Shown here: in pieces, positions 53,443-64,000 of the stretch | Position numbering within the stretch: the stretch's first letter is position 1 | How the letters are laid out: every line of letters starts with the position of its first letter | Origin: Enoplolaimus lenunculus | Lineage: Eukaryota | DNA: 64,000 nucleotides | Assembly (NCBI GenBank): GCA_030248215.1 | Contig: JASANG010003092.1 | Location: 682,001-746,000 of the forward strand | Reading direction: 5' to 3' | Translations under genes and position numbers: made by a program | Notes under the pieces: model-generated | Told to the model about the DNA's origin: nothing | Databases searched by the model: none | What the model saw: only the letters and a program-made list of their open reading frames with translations

Positions 53443-54805
53443 CTAAAGTTTCGGTAAAGGATACGTATTGCGCAACTTGCTTTCAAATACTTTGTGTTAC
53501 TTTTGTCAATTGTCAGCAAAGAATTTCGGAAATTTCGCAGAAAATTAGCGTAAAACAAAACAAGTTAACAACATATTGCAGATATTGGCTAAAATTAACT
53601 AATTAACAATCAATTTTGCTACCTAATTTTGCCTCACAGCTCAGTGGTTGTGTAAACGTCTCCTACATTTGAGACCTGTATTCGAATGCTTGGTTGAAAA
53701 TTGGTGGATGCTAAAAAGAAACATTTATACAGAAAAGAGTTAATGGAAAAATTTTCAGTTACTGTCTGTAGTATTTCAATTTCAATTGTTGTTCGTTGCG
53801 GTTTGAAATATACAAAAACGTGTGCCGTATGTTACACAATCTCTGCAGAGAAAACCTAAATATACTGCTATTAAATACCAATGTCAAAAAATGTATCAGC
53901 GATTTTTTGCAGCTGTAAATTATTTGAGCAAAAGTAATTTTTGCAATATATTCAATTTCATTCAGTTTTATAAAACCGAGGCAAACATGAACTTATATAC
54001 AGTTTTGATTTTTCGTATTTCTACTACTTCCGTGAGGTGTCATCGTCCTGAAGTGTTTATCTTAATATATTCAACGTCTATGTCAAAGTATATATCATTT
54101 TCTTGTATCCGACATTCCAGCGGTGGTATTCAGAAATTTCTGACAGGGACCCCGCGCAATATTATAAAATACGCGAACGGGAAGCCTAATGCAATTTCAG
54201 CACTTAATTTTAATACAACATTTTGGTTTTAATTCGTTGTGTACGAGCCAGGGATTCGGCAACCACCCTTGGATTTGTAAGTAATAAATTGTATTTTGTT
54301 TAAAAAAATCTTTTTCGACCATTGGCGTTTTTTTCTTCTGATAGAAAAATGTAACATTCGAGGAGAAAGAAAGTAAATATTCTCAAATCAGTCAAACTCC
54401 GTCACCTCATTTTTATGGCATTGAAATAATAATAATTTTATCAATGAAAATTTGTTCGAAATTCGATGAATCAGTTTACGGTTTAATTCTGTTCACGGTG
54501 ACTGATACTTTTTGAATGAAAAATTAGGATTATCTTATTTTTAATTATTACACTAAGTATTTGATATTCAATTCATAATCTTGTAAATTATTATCCAGTG
54601 CTGATAGAACCGCCATTGTCCAACAAATAAAGACAAGGCTCAGCGGCCTACGCTAACAGCTTCAACTCACGGGTGTAGATTGAATTTCATTTCAGTAGTG
54701 TATAACCTCAGGCAAATTAATCTTGTATTAAAACCTCAAATTATAGGCAACGGAGTTATGAATTGTTGCTGCTTCGAAAAACAGAAATTCATGTTTGGAC
54801 TAGTA

Positions 54806-55229
54806 CTGTAGCGACCCGAATAAGAGGGGGACTGATATTTATTTGGCCTCTCCAGAGGGTACCCCCGTGTTATTCGGTTACGGACTGCTATTTTTTAACC
54901 CACGCTGCTCCGCCCTTCGTTACTGATGTATATCCGGTACTGCAATTATCCGTTGAATTAAACGTTTATTTATCTTGTGTCAATAGATTGAGCGATAATT
55001 CAAGGATATACTTAGGAATGTACTTTCAAAATTTAAGTACGGTTTAAAATTTCGAACTCAAATTATTTGGTCCTGGAGTCATTTATGCTCTAAAATTAGG
55101 GTTAATTGACATTTATGGACTCTATTTAGCGTTTAGGGACTGTATCCGCTTACGGACTCTTATTATTGATACGGACTCCTATTGATTCGGACTCGAAATT
55201 GGGACCTCCTCTTATTCGGGTCAATACAG
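54806..55229. mobile_element. Tc1/mariner-superfamily (Tc2/pogo-like) MITE, family C
   Basis: TA flanks; TIR CTGTAG.GACCCGAATAAGAGG. Homologues at 37972-38402, 36352-36676 and 30970-31317. Confidence 0.75.
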
Positions 55230-55848
55230 TAGCATGCTACAATTTCGGCTTGGCGAAAACGGAAAATATTTCTGTGATTTGGTGGTACGCCAAACGGCTG
55301 GTTGAATGGCATATCATTTTTTGAAGATGACTCTTAAAGCCAATTGGTTAATCGCAAAAAATTAGTACCATTCGACTCCAGCTTCACAAGGTGCATCGAA
55401 TGATATATAAGTTGCATTTGTTGACAAAAAAAAATTTTTTGTGTTTCAAATGGTCAGTGCACTGGAAGTAAAAAATATCCGAGCCAAAGCCGGAGAGAAA
55501 ACGAAATTACGCAGATAAAATAAAGTTTGATTTAACAAATTTCTGCAAAGTGTCGTCAAAATTTTTGATTTTATGTTTATTTTTAAAGTGTATATATACC
55601 GATAATGTTTTTCCTCCAAATTGCACCAAAAGTTGAACATAATAACTGGATTTCCAAAATATGAATATTTCAGAAATTCAAATGTGGATAGAAAATAATT
55701 AGGGTCGGTCATGAGAAGTTCAAATATGCAAATATTTTTAAAATCAGACCATTTTTCGGCGAGCGCGGGCTATACGTTAGAATAACCCAAACAGCCCGGC
55801 ATGATTTCGGAATAGAAAAAATGTTTAATTTAAAAATCAACCACTTAC

Positions 55849-55934
55849 CGTGATCGTTCGTCATTATTGCGACTGATTTTACATAATTTATTTCGCCAAA
55901 AGATCGGAGAACAACTTGGTTTCGAACCAGACAT
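55849..55934 (-). CDS. Candidate start-codon exon upstream of the Shroom model (MSGSKPSCSPIFWRNKLCKISRNNDERS)
   Basis: ATG at 55934 and strong donor ACG|gtaagt (55848). It ends in phase 2, so a further unidentified exon would be needed to reach 53442. Confidence 0.3.
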
Positions 55935-56104
55935 TTGGCCTTTCCGCGATTCAGCTTTTAATAATTAGCAAAATAAGTTATTTGAACCAAAAATACATGA
56001 TACTGTAGTATGCAAATAAGTATTGGGGTTCCGCATGGTACAGTACCTACCGCCGAGCGTTGCGGTTTTGGCCGTTTGCTTATGCGGGGTTCACGTTAGC
56101 AATA

Positions 56105-56574
56105 GCGCGCTTGGTACCTGTTTTGTCGCGGTGCCCATAGCGGTACACACTAATCGTTTTGCTGCCAATATGGATACCAACAGAAAATAAAATGTTATGC
56201 ATAGCTCGGTTTTCGAAAAATTGACCTACCCATATGCGTAGAGTCAAGAAGTCTGCTCGTAGCCCATATAGATGCCAGCTTAATAAACCTTCAAGCTTGC
56301 ACTTTAAAACGCTTTAATACAGCGACTTTTATTTTACAAGTTCGGTTTAGTCTGTTTTTACTATTTATCTTTTGAAATACTGTAAAAATGACACTAGCTA
56401 TAAATATTATTAAAACAGTCGCAAGGTACCCATATGGGTAACAAACCGAAGACTAGCTACCCATAGCTACAAACGTATGGTACCCATAAGGGTAGTAGCT
56501 AGATAACAACCTATTCAGATAGGTTGTTTCTACCTCCTGCTATGGGTAAGTGACAAAACAGGTACCAAGTGCAC
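56105..56574. mobile_element. MITE with TIRs of about 30 bp (cttggtacctgttttgtc / gacaaaacaggtaccaag)
   Basis: Inverted termini plus internal tacccata/tatgggta motifs. Confidence 0.7.
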
Positions 56575-57116
56575 AATTGGTAACGTGAACCACGCATTAA
56601 TCCTATCGAAATATTTTAAACACAAACACGGTTATCTTGTAGAAATTGAGAGAATCCAAAAAAAATGTTTCTTAGCTGGAGTCAAAACCTTAAAGACTGA
56701 CTTTCCATCAATGTCTCTTTTGGCAACGGACCCACGTTTAAGTAGGTCAAATGCGTTGACTAATTGATTGACGGTGACCTGTATGAATGTAGGCGTTCGG
56801 CAAGAAATAATTTCAAATTGCAGTTTCGTTCAGAAGCGGTCACGTGTAATCTTTCCGTTAGGTGGTTACAAATTTAGCTAAAACAAACTTGATGTCTTTT
56901 TTACTACCGCTAAGCATCTACAATAGCAAATGTGATAGTGATTTTTAAACTTCGCATATTTTTAATGTAAACATTGATAAACAAGCAATAGAACATCGTT
57001 GGACGACGTTTTGAAGCAATTCCTGACAACAACGGGGTCCAATGTATTGATCAGAGCCGTAAAACAGTAGCAGAAGCATATTCCTACTAAACCTAAACCG
57101 TAAAGATAAGCCTATA

Positions 57117-57368
57117 CACTGTAAATTTCAGTGTGTTGATTTTAACTCAGAATGAGTTGAATCACTCAGTCTGAGTTAGGACTTTCAGTACTCAGAAACT
57201 TGAGTTGATTCAATTCATTATGAGTTAATTAATCAACTCACCCAGCGTCAACTCAACTCAGAGTGAGAATCAAATCAACTCAGAGTAAGTTAATGTATAC
57301 TGATATTAATTCAGAAATGACCAACTCGCTAGCTGAAGTGATTAATCAACTCATTGGAATTTACAGTG
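57117..57368. mobile_element. Family B MITE copy nested inside a family A MITE
   Basis: ta|cactgtaaatttcag...ggaatttacagtg|ta. Family A sequence is present on both sides (57036-57116, 57369-57465). Confidence 0.85.
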
Positions 57369-59923
57369 TACATAAGCCTATACTTTGCCTTAGACTTAGC
57401 AAAATTAGGCTAAAGCTTAAGCTTAATTTATAGTAATCCCACCGAAAAACGGTCCTTCATATCTAGACGTTAGCCAAAGTCGAATGCGTATACTCAAATT
57501 ATATGCTAAACATTTTTTCTTAGATTAAATAAAAGCATAGAATTGCTATTTCGCTTCCAGTTTAATAGTTTTATACAAACGAATTTCAGTGCCATTTGTC
57601 CAATGTGCTTGATGTGGTTCCAGAAGTAGTGTTTCGACATATCATTTCGAATTTTGGCACCAGTATTTGCCAAAACATAGTAGAGCATTGGAAGGTTACG
57701 TTTTTCATTAAAGGGCCTTAAATCTGTAACCAGAAAAAAATTGTTAAACCAAGACTATCGAAATTTATTCAGCTCATAGTACCTTTGCGACCATTGCGAG
57801 TTGTGATCAAGCAAACGTTTGTGCTGCGGCCTTACGAGCAAAGTCCGACATATAAATCGTTTAAGTATTTGACTTAAGAATACCTGAAATTGTTCACTTA
57901 AAGCCGGTTGTAAGCAGAACTTTAATTTAGGCAGAGCTACTGCATCTAGAAATACATATTTAGCACGTAAAGTTTTTGTGTCATCTGATATTTTCTAAGC
58001 AATGTTGACGATGGCGTCAAAAATTGTCCAGCAAATGTTGAAATTATCTTTGAAAATTAAACTCATAATACTACGCTTTAGATCATGTTCTGATATATCC
58101 AGCGTTAGCAATTAGAAAATACTAATCAGCGGCCATTGCGCAATGCGTAAAAGTTAGTGAATGCACCGCAATTTCCGTGCAAATGTTCTTTTCACAGAAT
58201 AATACCGCTTGTGTTCGTTCGAAGAAAATACCGTAAACCCAGTAATGCTGGAACGTTGTCTAAACTACGCGTGTGAGGCATTCCAGCGTTAATTATATCG
58301 AAGTTAAGGTAAGCAATTGAAGGAACATTGATTTTACCTTAATATTTAGTAGGTTTAATTGACGAACGTGAGCTTCCAAAAAATTACTACATAAAAGTTT
58401 TTTTGGAGTTGAAGTATTAATTTTTTCTCATAACAACCCCTCTGAAAATTTCAGTATTTCAAACGTGTAAAGCCGGAAGGTTATAGCACCGATATCTAAT
58501 ATAAATAAAGTTCTGCTGTATGTATATGTAGGTAATTATGTATGTATGTACCTTTTTGGAGGCCAGATAGTTCGGCTTATGCGGCGTTCACGTTATAACT
58601 GGGACAGCCGCTGGAGACGTTTTGTCTTTATTACAATAGCAGGTAACATTTGATCCGCTCCTTGATCCGCTTTCAAATTCAAAAAATTTGATTTGTCTGC
58701 TAACCCAATGTGAAGTTTACTGTTTGTATTGCAGTATCATATGATATTCGAAATACTGTGAGTCAGTATCATATGATATGTTTGAAAATGTTTGCGAAGT
58801 TGTGATAAATAAGCTAGATTATTCTGTATAATGTCTTATAATACTAAAGTTTGAAATTTGATGTTCCGAGGTATCATATGACACATGGCTATTTGTATCC
58901 TATGATCGCTTGAGATCAGTGATTTGTAGTCCAATATCATGCGACATTCACATTAGTCGTAATATATACCCACTATTTGGATCGCAACATTTTAAGTTGA
59001 CGTCATATCAACATGCAACAATACGTGTTCCGAGCTGCGCCAGTTATAAACGTGAACCATGCATTAAGAGCCTGAAAATTGAAGTAAATTGAATTTTTTG
59101 AGATTTTCTTGATCGCGGTATGTTCTCTGTGGCTGCGCAATTTATTAAACGCAGATGATAAGCCTAAGCCTATTATATGCATACTGATCAGTGTCATGGG
59201 TTCACGTTGCAACAAACAATAATTGCATGAAATTATGCGGTTAAAAACAACACAGATTTATGTTGATTTAATTTAAAAACAGTTTACAGCGATCACCGCA
59301 ACGCTGTTCGCATTTTGTACAACAAAGTTTAATTTTATTTTGGCGATATTTTTTTCCAGTCCATTTTAAATTGTTACAAAAATGCTCTACAATTGTTTTG
59401 TTAAAAATTTCTATTTCGGAACAGAAAGTTTCTACAGATTTTCAACGCCAAGGCACCATTAATTATTAATGATAAATGCACCGTGTCGTACTTACGGTAT
59501 AACTTTAAATTTTACTAAGGTCAATATTCTAAGCAACGTTTTATTGTTCACTTCTACGCTCAATTTAACTAAATATTAAATAAAAACAAAGCTATGCATA
59601 TAATATTTTATTTACCAAATTTTTGTTTTCGAAACGTGATGTCCCAGAGGGATGTGTGCTCAACGTCCCCGTGACAGATTTTGGGGCGTAGTTTAGCTCC
59701 GGCTAGTTTTGGCCCCCGTTACAGGTCTGAGTGGTTACGGGCCTGCTGAGACTAATCTTTTGCTTAGGTTTAGGCTTAGACTTGAGTATAAACTCTTTCT
59801 TACGCCTGGGCTTAGGCTTAGGAATAAGCTTATACTGAATGACTCAGTTCTATACATTGGTCACAGTCAGTGACAAGAGCACTCTGATTACGCACAGGTC
59901 GTTCATTCTTGGGTTTCGTCCAT

Positions 59924-60077
59924 GATTGGTGCAACTTCACCCCTGCGACCCGTTCAAGATTGGTGTAACTTCACCCCTGCGACCCGTCCAAGATTGGTGT
60001 AACTTCACCCCTGCGACCCGTTCAAGATTGGTGTAACTTCACCCCTGCGACCCGTCCAAGATTGGTGTAACTTCACC
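59924..60077. repeat. Minisatellite, about 4.5 x 34 bp
   Basis: Unit gattggtgtaacttcacccctgcgacccgt(t/c)caa. Confidence 0.95.
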
Positions 60078-60415
60078 ACGTATAGTTCTGATGCCGATCC
60101 AGGGGGGACGTTCGTTAAAAAAATTTTTACCAAAAGTAAAATTGCAAAATCCTTCCAAGTATCTGTGCATACGTATCGTTCTCTGCGCTGCAAATTGCTA
60201 TTTAGCCTGTTCGCTTTGAATGTTCTCATATCTGATATTCCCTGTGTTTATTATTTATTATTTTTCGTCAACTGAAACCCATAAAAAGTCCGTCTAAATT
60301 TTTTCCGGATCCAACCATGAAGTTTGCTGTTTGTTTCCGCATAAGATGTTGCGAAAGATCATTAAGCTCTAATGCGTGCTGTATATATATTTTCGTCATT
60401 TAACTACTGCAGTTA

Positions 60416-60667
60416 CACTGTAAATTCCAATGAGTTGATTAATCAATTCAGATAGCGAGTTGGTGATTTCTGAATTAATATCAATAAACATTAACTCATT
60501 CTGAGTTGAGTTGATTCTCACTGTGAGTTGAGTTGACTTTGGGTGAGTTGGTTAATTAACTCATAACGAATTGAATCAACTCAAAATTCTGAGTTCTGAT
60601 AGTCCTAACTCCGATTGAGTGATTCAACTCATTCTGAGTTAAAATCAACTCACTGAAATTTACAGTG
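60416..60667. mobile_element. Family B MITE copy
   Basis: ta|cactgtaaattccaatgag...gaaatttacagtg|ta. More diverged copies at 18569-18789 and 39952-40192. Confidence 0.85.
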
Positions 60668-61039
60668 TATGTTTACGTATACAGCACGATAATTTTTGTC
60701 GAAGGTTTAATAAACAACGAAAAAACGCAAAAAACGTTAGGTATCAAAACAATCGAGGGTGTATCCAGGTTGAAGTAGGTGTCACCCCCTTTTTCGATTT
60801 TTTGTAAACGAATTTTTGACACCTTGTGGTTTATACCACAGGCCCGTAGCCAGTTCGCCTGTGCCAGGAGGTGCTATAAAATTTTTCAGGAGGGCATACA
60901 AGGGTTTTCGTTGAGTTAATACAAGCATGGTTGAAAATTTTGCGGCTTGGGCTAAAGTTTTTCTGACAAATCCCCTTCAAAATTTTCAGTAAATGTAACA
61001 CCGTTCTCACGTCCTCTGACTACGCCCACGCGAATAACG

Positions 61040-62298
61040 TCACTTTTTAGCGCAACAATACGTCATACAAAGTTTGCTTAAAAATACAAAAAATTGCAGA
61101 ATCGTAAATAAACTTGCGCCAAGCCAAAGTCCAAACGTTCCGCCTAAATTTGCCAACAGCGTGTTCACAGTCATCGACGGACTTTGTGTGATGTACTGCA
61201 GTTGAAGTTCAGGATACGAAATGTCGAGGACGATTAGGTTGTTTGCCCATAGGTTAACGTTTGCTAGTCTAGGAGGTTGCTTGTAGATAGAGGTTGGTGG
61301 AGTTGAAGTGGCTTCTGTGAATGTCTCTGGTGATGTAGTTTCGGCTCTTTCATCCAAACTTAGTGATTGTCTTCGTCGACGTTGTTGTTGTTGTTGTTGT
61401 TTTTGTTGTTGTTGTTGTTGTTGCGGTTGTTGCTGCGGTTGTGCTTGTTGTTGTGGCTGTGGTTGCTGTTGCTCCTGTTGTTGCTGCTGCACTTTTTCAT
61501 CCTGTTGTTGTTTTGGTAACAGTGGCGGTTGTTGCTGTGGTTGTTCAGAGTCAGCAACAATTTCCAATGGCGGCGGAGGGTCAAGACCAAAATTCAACTG
61601 ACCAAAACTATCTATAAGCGAAAGAGTTGCCTGCGACGGCAACTTTTGATAACTGGTCGTGATTTGAAATCGATTCCGGTTACATTCTCGATGGCAGCCG
61701 GACATACAGCGAAACAACGCGTTGCTACGTTCGTTGTTTGTTTCTAACTGTCGAATTACATTCGAATTGTCACAAAATTGAGTTAAATTGGCTAAAATGT
61801 TGCGTTTAACGCTTCGTACATCAGCAGGCAACAAACATTTTGAATCGGCGATCACTTGTTGTTGAACACAGTCGAGTTCACACAACTGTCGCGTATAGTG
61901 AACATCAGGGGCTGTTTCGTTGAAAACCACAAATCGTCTTCGAAAACTTTGATCTTCAGCATTTGTGTCAACACATTTTTGTGGCGTTCGACTAAATTTG
62001 GTCACCGAAATGAAACTCTCTTTCGACATTTCAAGTTGAAGCTTTGTATACGTACCGGGCGCAACAAATATGCCGTCGTAGGCAACGATACGGTGAGGCA
62101 TTGCGACTCTAACTGTTGCGCCGTCCGCTGGGTGAACATCGTAAATTTGCGATGGAGTTTGCTCGCTGTGTAAGTCAATCACCACGATCAGACCCTTGTT
62201 TGCCGCAGTCTGATAGTGTCCAGACATGCGGATCACGTGACAGACACCCTTGTCTAAATCGAGAAACGGTTGGATTGTGTCGGCAGGACATGGTTTGC
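61040..62298 (-). CDS. DEG/ENaC subunit, exon 2 (Cys-rich ectodomain, poly-Q insertion, TM2)
   Basis: Acceptor gcatttcag|GC (62299), phase 1, giving CTFKGKPC. Cys-rich YTRQLCELDC...C; TM2 LLANLGGTFGLWLGASLFT with GAS filter; TGA at 61042-61040. Joined CDS 1986 nt = 661 aa. Confidence 0.9.
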
Positions 62299-62577
62299 CT
62301 GAAATGCACCCCAAATCCTATATTTAGGTCAAGCGTAACTTGTAAGCCACTGTTTATTTCGTTAACATATTGCCGCAATCATCCTCGCACTAGTTTTCTC
62401 CAAAGTTAAACCTCAAATATTATATAATTCAATTTTTTTTTAAATGTTAATATTACTACCATTAAAGCGACATGTGCTCTTTGACAAATCTAACGCAATC
62501 ATCACCGCCACGCTGGCCAAGGAAGACTTAAAATCTAATTGAAATAATTTTCTGCAAATTTTACGCCGTTTGTTTAC

Positions 62578-63304
62578 CTTTAAATGTGCATTCAGCGATA
62601 ATTTCATCCGCCCGCAAACTGACGTCGAAAATTTCTTGCTGCTGACGCCACAACAACGGCGGACGGTCGTCTGGAAACGGAACCGACGCTTGAAGTGCAG
62701 GTAACAGATCGGAAATTTGCGTAAACAACCCTGCGACTCCTTCTTGGGGCGCAATAGCACTTCGAAAAAATCCAACTCGCTGTTGAACGCCATAAGACGC
62801 CAAATTGAACGCAGTGAAATTAACAAAGTTCGACGGACAAATTGTAATATCTGGAAACGGCATAGTTCGCTTTAACTCAACGTGGATCGAAGTTTGAATT
62901 GGATTAACGTAAAATTCACGGAAACAATTGAATGTTGAGTAGACCAGGATTGCAATTGCGAGCACAAGAATGGTACCCCAAAACGCGAACGAAGGTTTTG
63001 ACTGAGCAATGTGTAAATCTTGGAGCCCGTGGCATGTCATTCGATCAACAAATTCTTTGTACCGGAACTTCGGGTCGGGCTTGTTTTCGAGCGTTTCTAA
63101 GTCCGGCGGCAAGAATAAATGTGAGCCACGACGCCGTTTGGTTTCCAATTGCTGGCGAATTTGGGTATCGTTTGGTGGGTCAAATTTGGGATTTGGGGTG
63201 AGAATACAATTAGGTTTCAGATTTGTAACCAGATCATCTGGTTTTAAACTTACGTGTTTTGGCGGTTCTTCGTCGATTGTGATGGTAACCATGTTACTCG
63301 GCAT
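62578..63304 (-). CDS. DEG/ENaC (amiloride-sensitive channel superfamily) subunit, exon 1
   Basis: ATG 63304; pre-M1 FVDRMTCHG motif, TM1 (FWGTILVLAIAILVY), post-M1 FPDITICPSN, ...IIAECTFK. Donor AAG|gtaaac (62577), phase 1. Confidence 0.9.
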
Positions 63305-63681
63305 AGGAGAGGCTAATGTCTTATCTAAAGTTCAGCTGCCTAACAGATACATAGGTGATCGCTAAAAGCTAAGAAACAAACCTGTTTATGGAATAAACTT
63401 AGGTAATACAGGAAGATGAAAGTGGATCAACTTCTAACAAATATATTATTTTTTTAAATAAAAATATAAATCTGAATGAACATTTTCACTGAAATCTTAA
63501 CTTTTGTCTGTTTCACATGAATGAGAAATGAGAAGTATCAATCAACTGCAAAATTTAAGCTACGGGTTTGCAAATATAGTTTATTATCGTCGGCAGCAAC
63601 ACAATGATATTTGGAAATTTACATTCTTTTTGACGCTATTCTCAGAGCTGAGAGTCGAACGGTAATAAGCTCACTTCGATC

Positions 63682-63870
63682 GGCCCACGTAAAGATAAAA
63701 TCCGGACTTTTTTCCACAATTCTGAAATAGAGAATAGAGTAAAGCTTAAGCTTTACACTATTTTTTGCTCAGGCTTAGGCTTAGATATTTGCTTATCCTA
63801 CGCTGAAGATCAGGCTTAGACTTAGGATAATGCTTATACTACTGTTACGGCCCTGTTCTTTACATTGACC
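63682..63870. mobile_element. MITE family A copy upstream of the DEG/ENaC gene
   Basis: ggcccacgtaaagat...caggcttaggcttaga...tactactgttacggccctg...tacattgacc. Confidence 0.75.
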
Positions 63871-64000
63871 ATTCAATCTAATAGTCAGTTCTTGATTTGG
63901 GCATAAAAAATTTTTGCTCGACTCTTTTCCGGTTCTACGTCCGCCTGCCCGGGTTTGCCCCAAAAGAGTCCAACTATAAACATGTTTGCAGATTGCCACT

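Noticed and set aside
53631..53700. Weak tRNA-like A/B box pattern
   Set aside because: Stems do not pair convincingly; too degenerate to call.

Overview
AT-rich animal genomic DNA, with no sign of prokaryotic organisation. TTAGGC-type telomeric repeats and TTT(T)CAG splice acceptors suggest a nematode or close relative (inference). About 51 kb of the window is one minus-strand gene. By hand I can join nine GT-AG exons with matching phases (53442-52818, 51741-51532, 51092-47149, 31853-31795, 16575-16375, 5808-4945, 4012-3943, 3658-3314, 2820-2479; 6660 nt). They encode a protein of at least 2219 aa ending in a recognisable Shroom SD2/ASD2 domain; the 5' end is unresolved. A two-exon DEG/ENaC channel gene (661 aa, poly-Q insertion) lies at 61040-63304, also on the minus strand. 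The 10-15 kb introns are packed with short non-autonomous DNA transposons (MITEs). Several related MITE subfamilies carry degenerate TTAGGC repeats internally. The most striking feature is a near-perfect array of about 81 (GCCTAA) units at 33885-34370 that lies between the terminal inverted repeats of one such MITE. Also present: CMC/EnSpm-like and Tc2-like MITEs, a tandem pair of tRNA-like sequences, minisatellites and microsatellites. All exon calls are manual and need RNA-seq confirmation.
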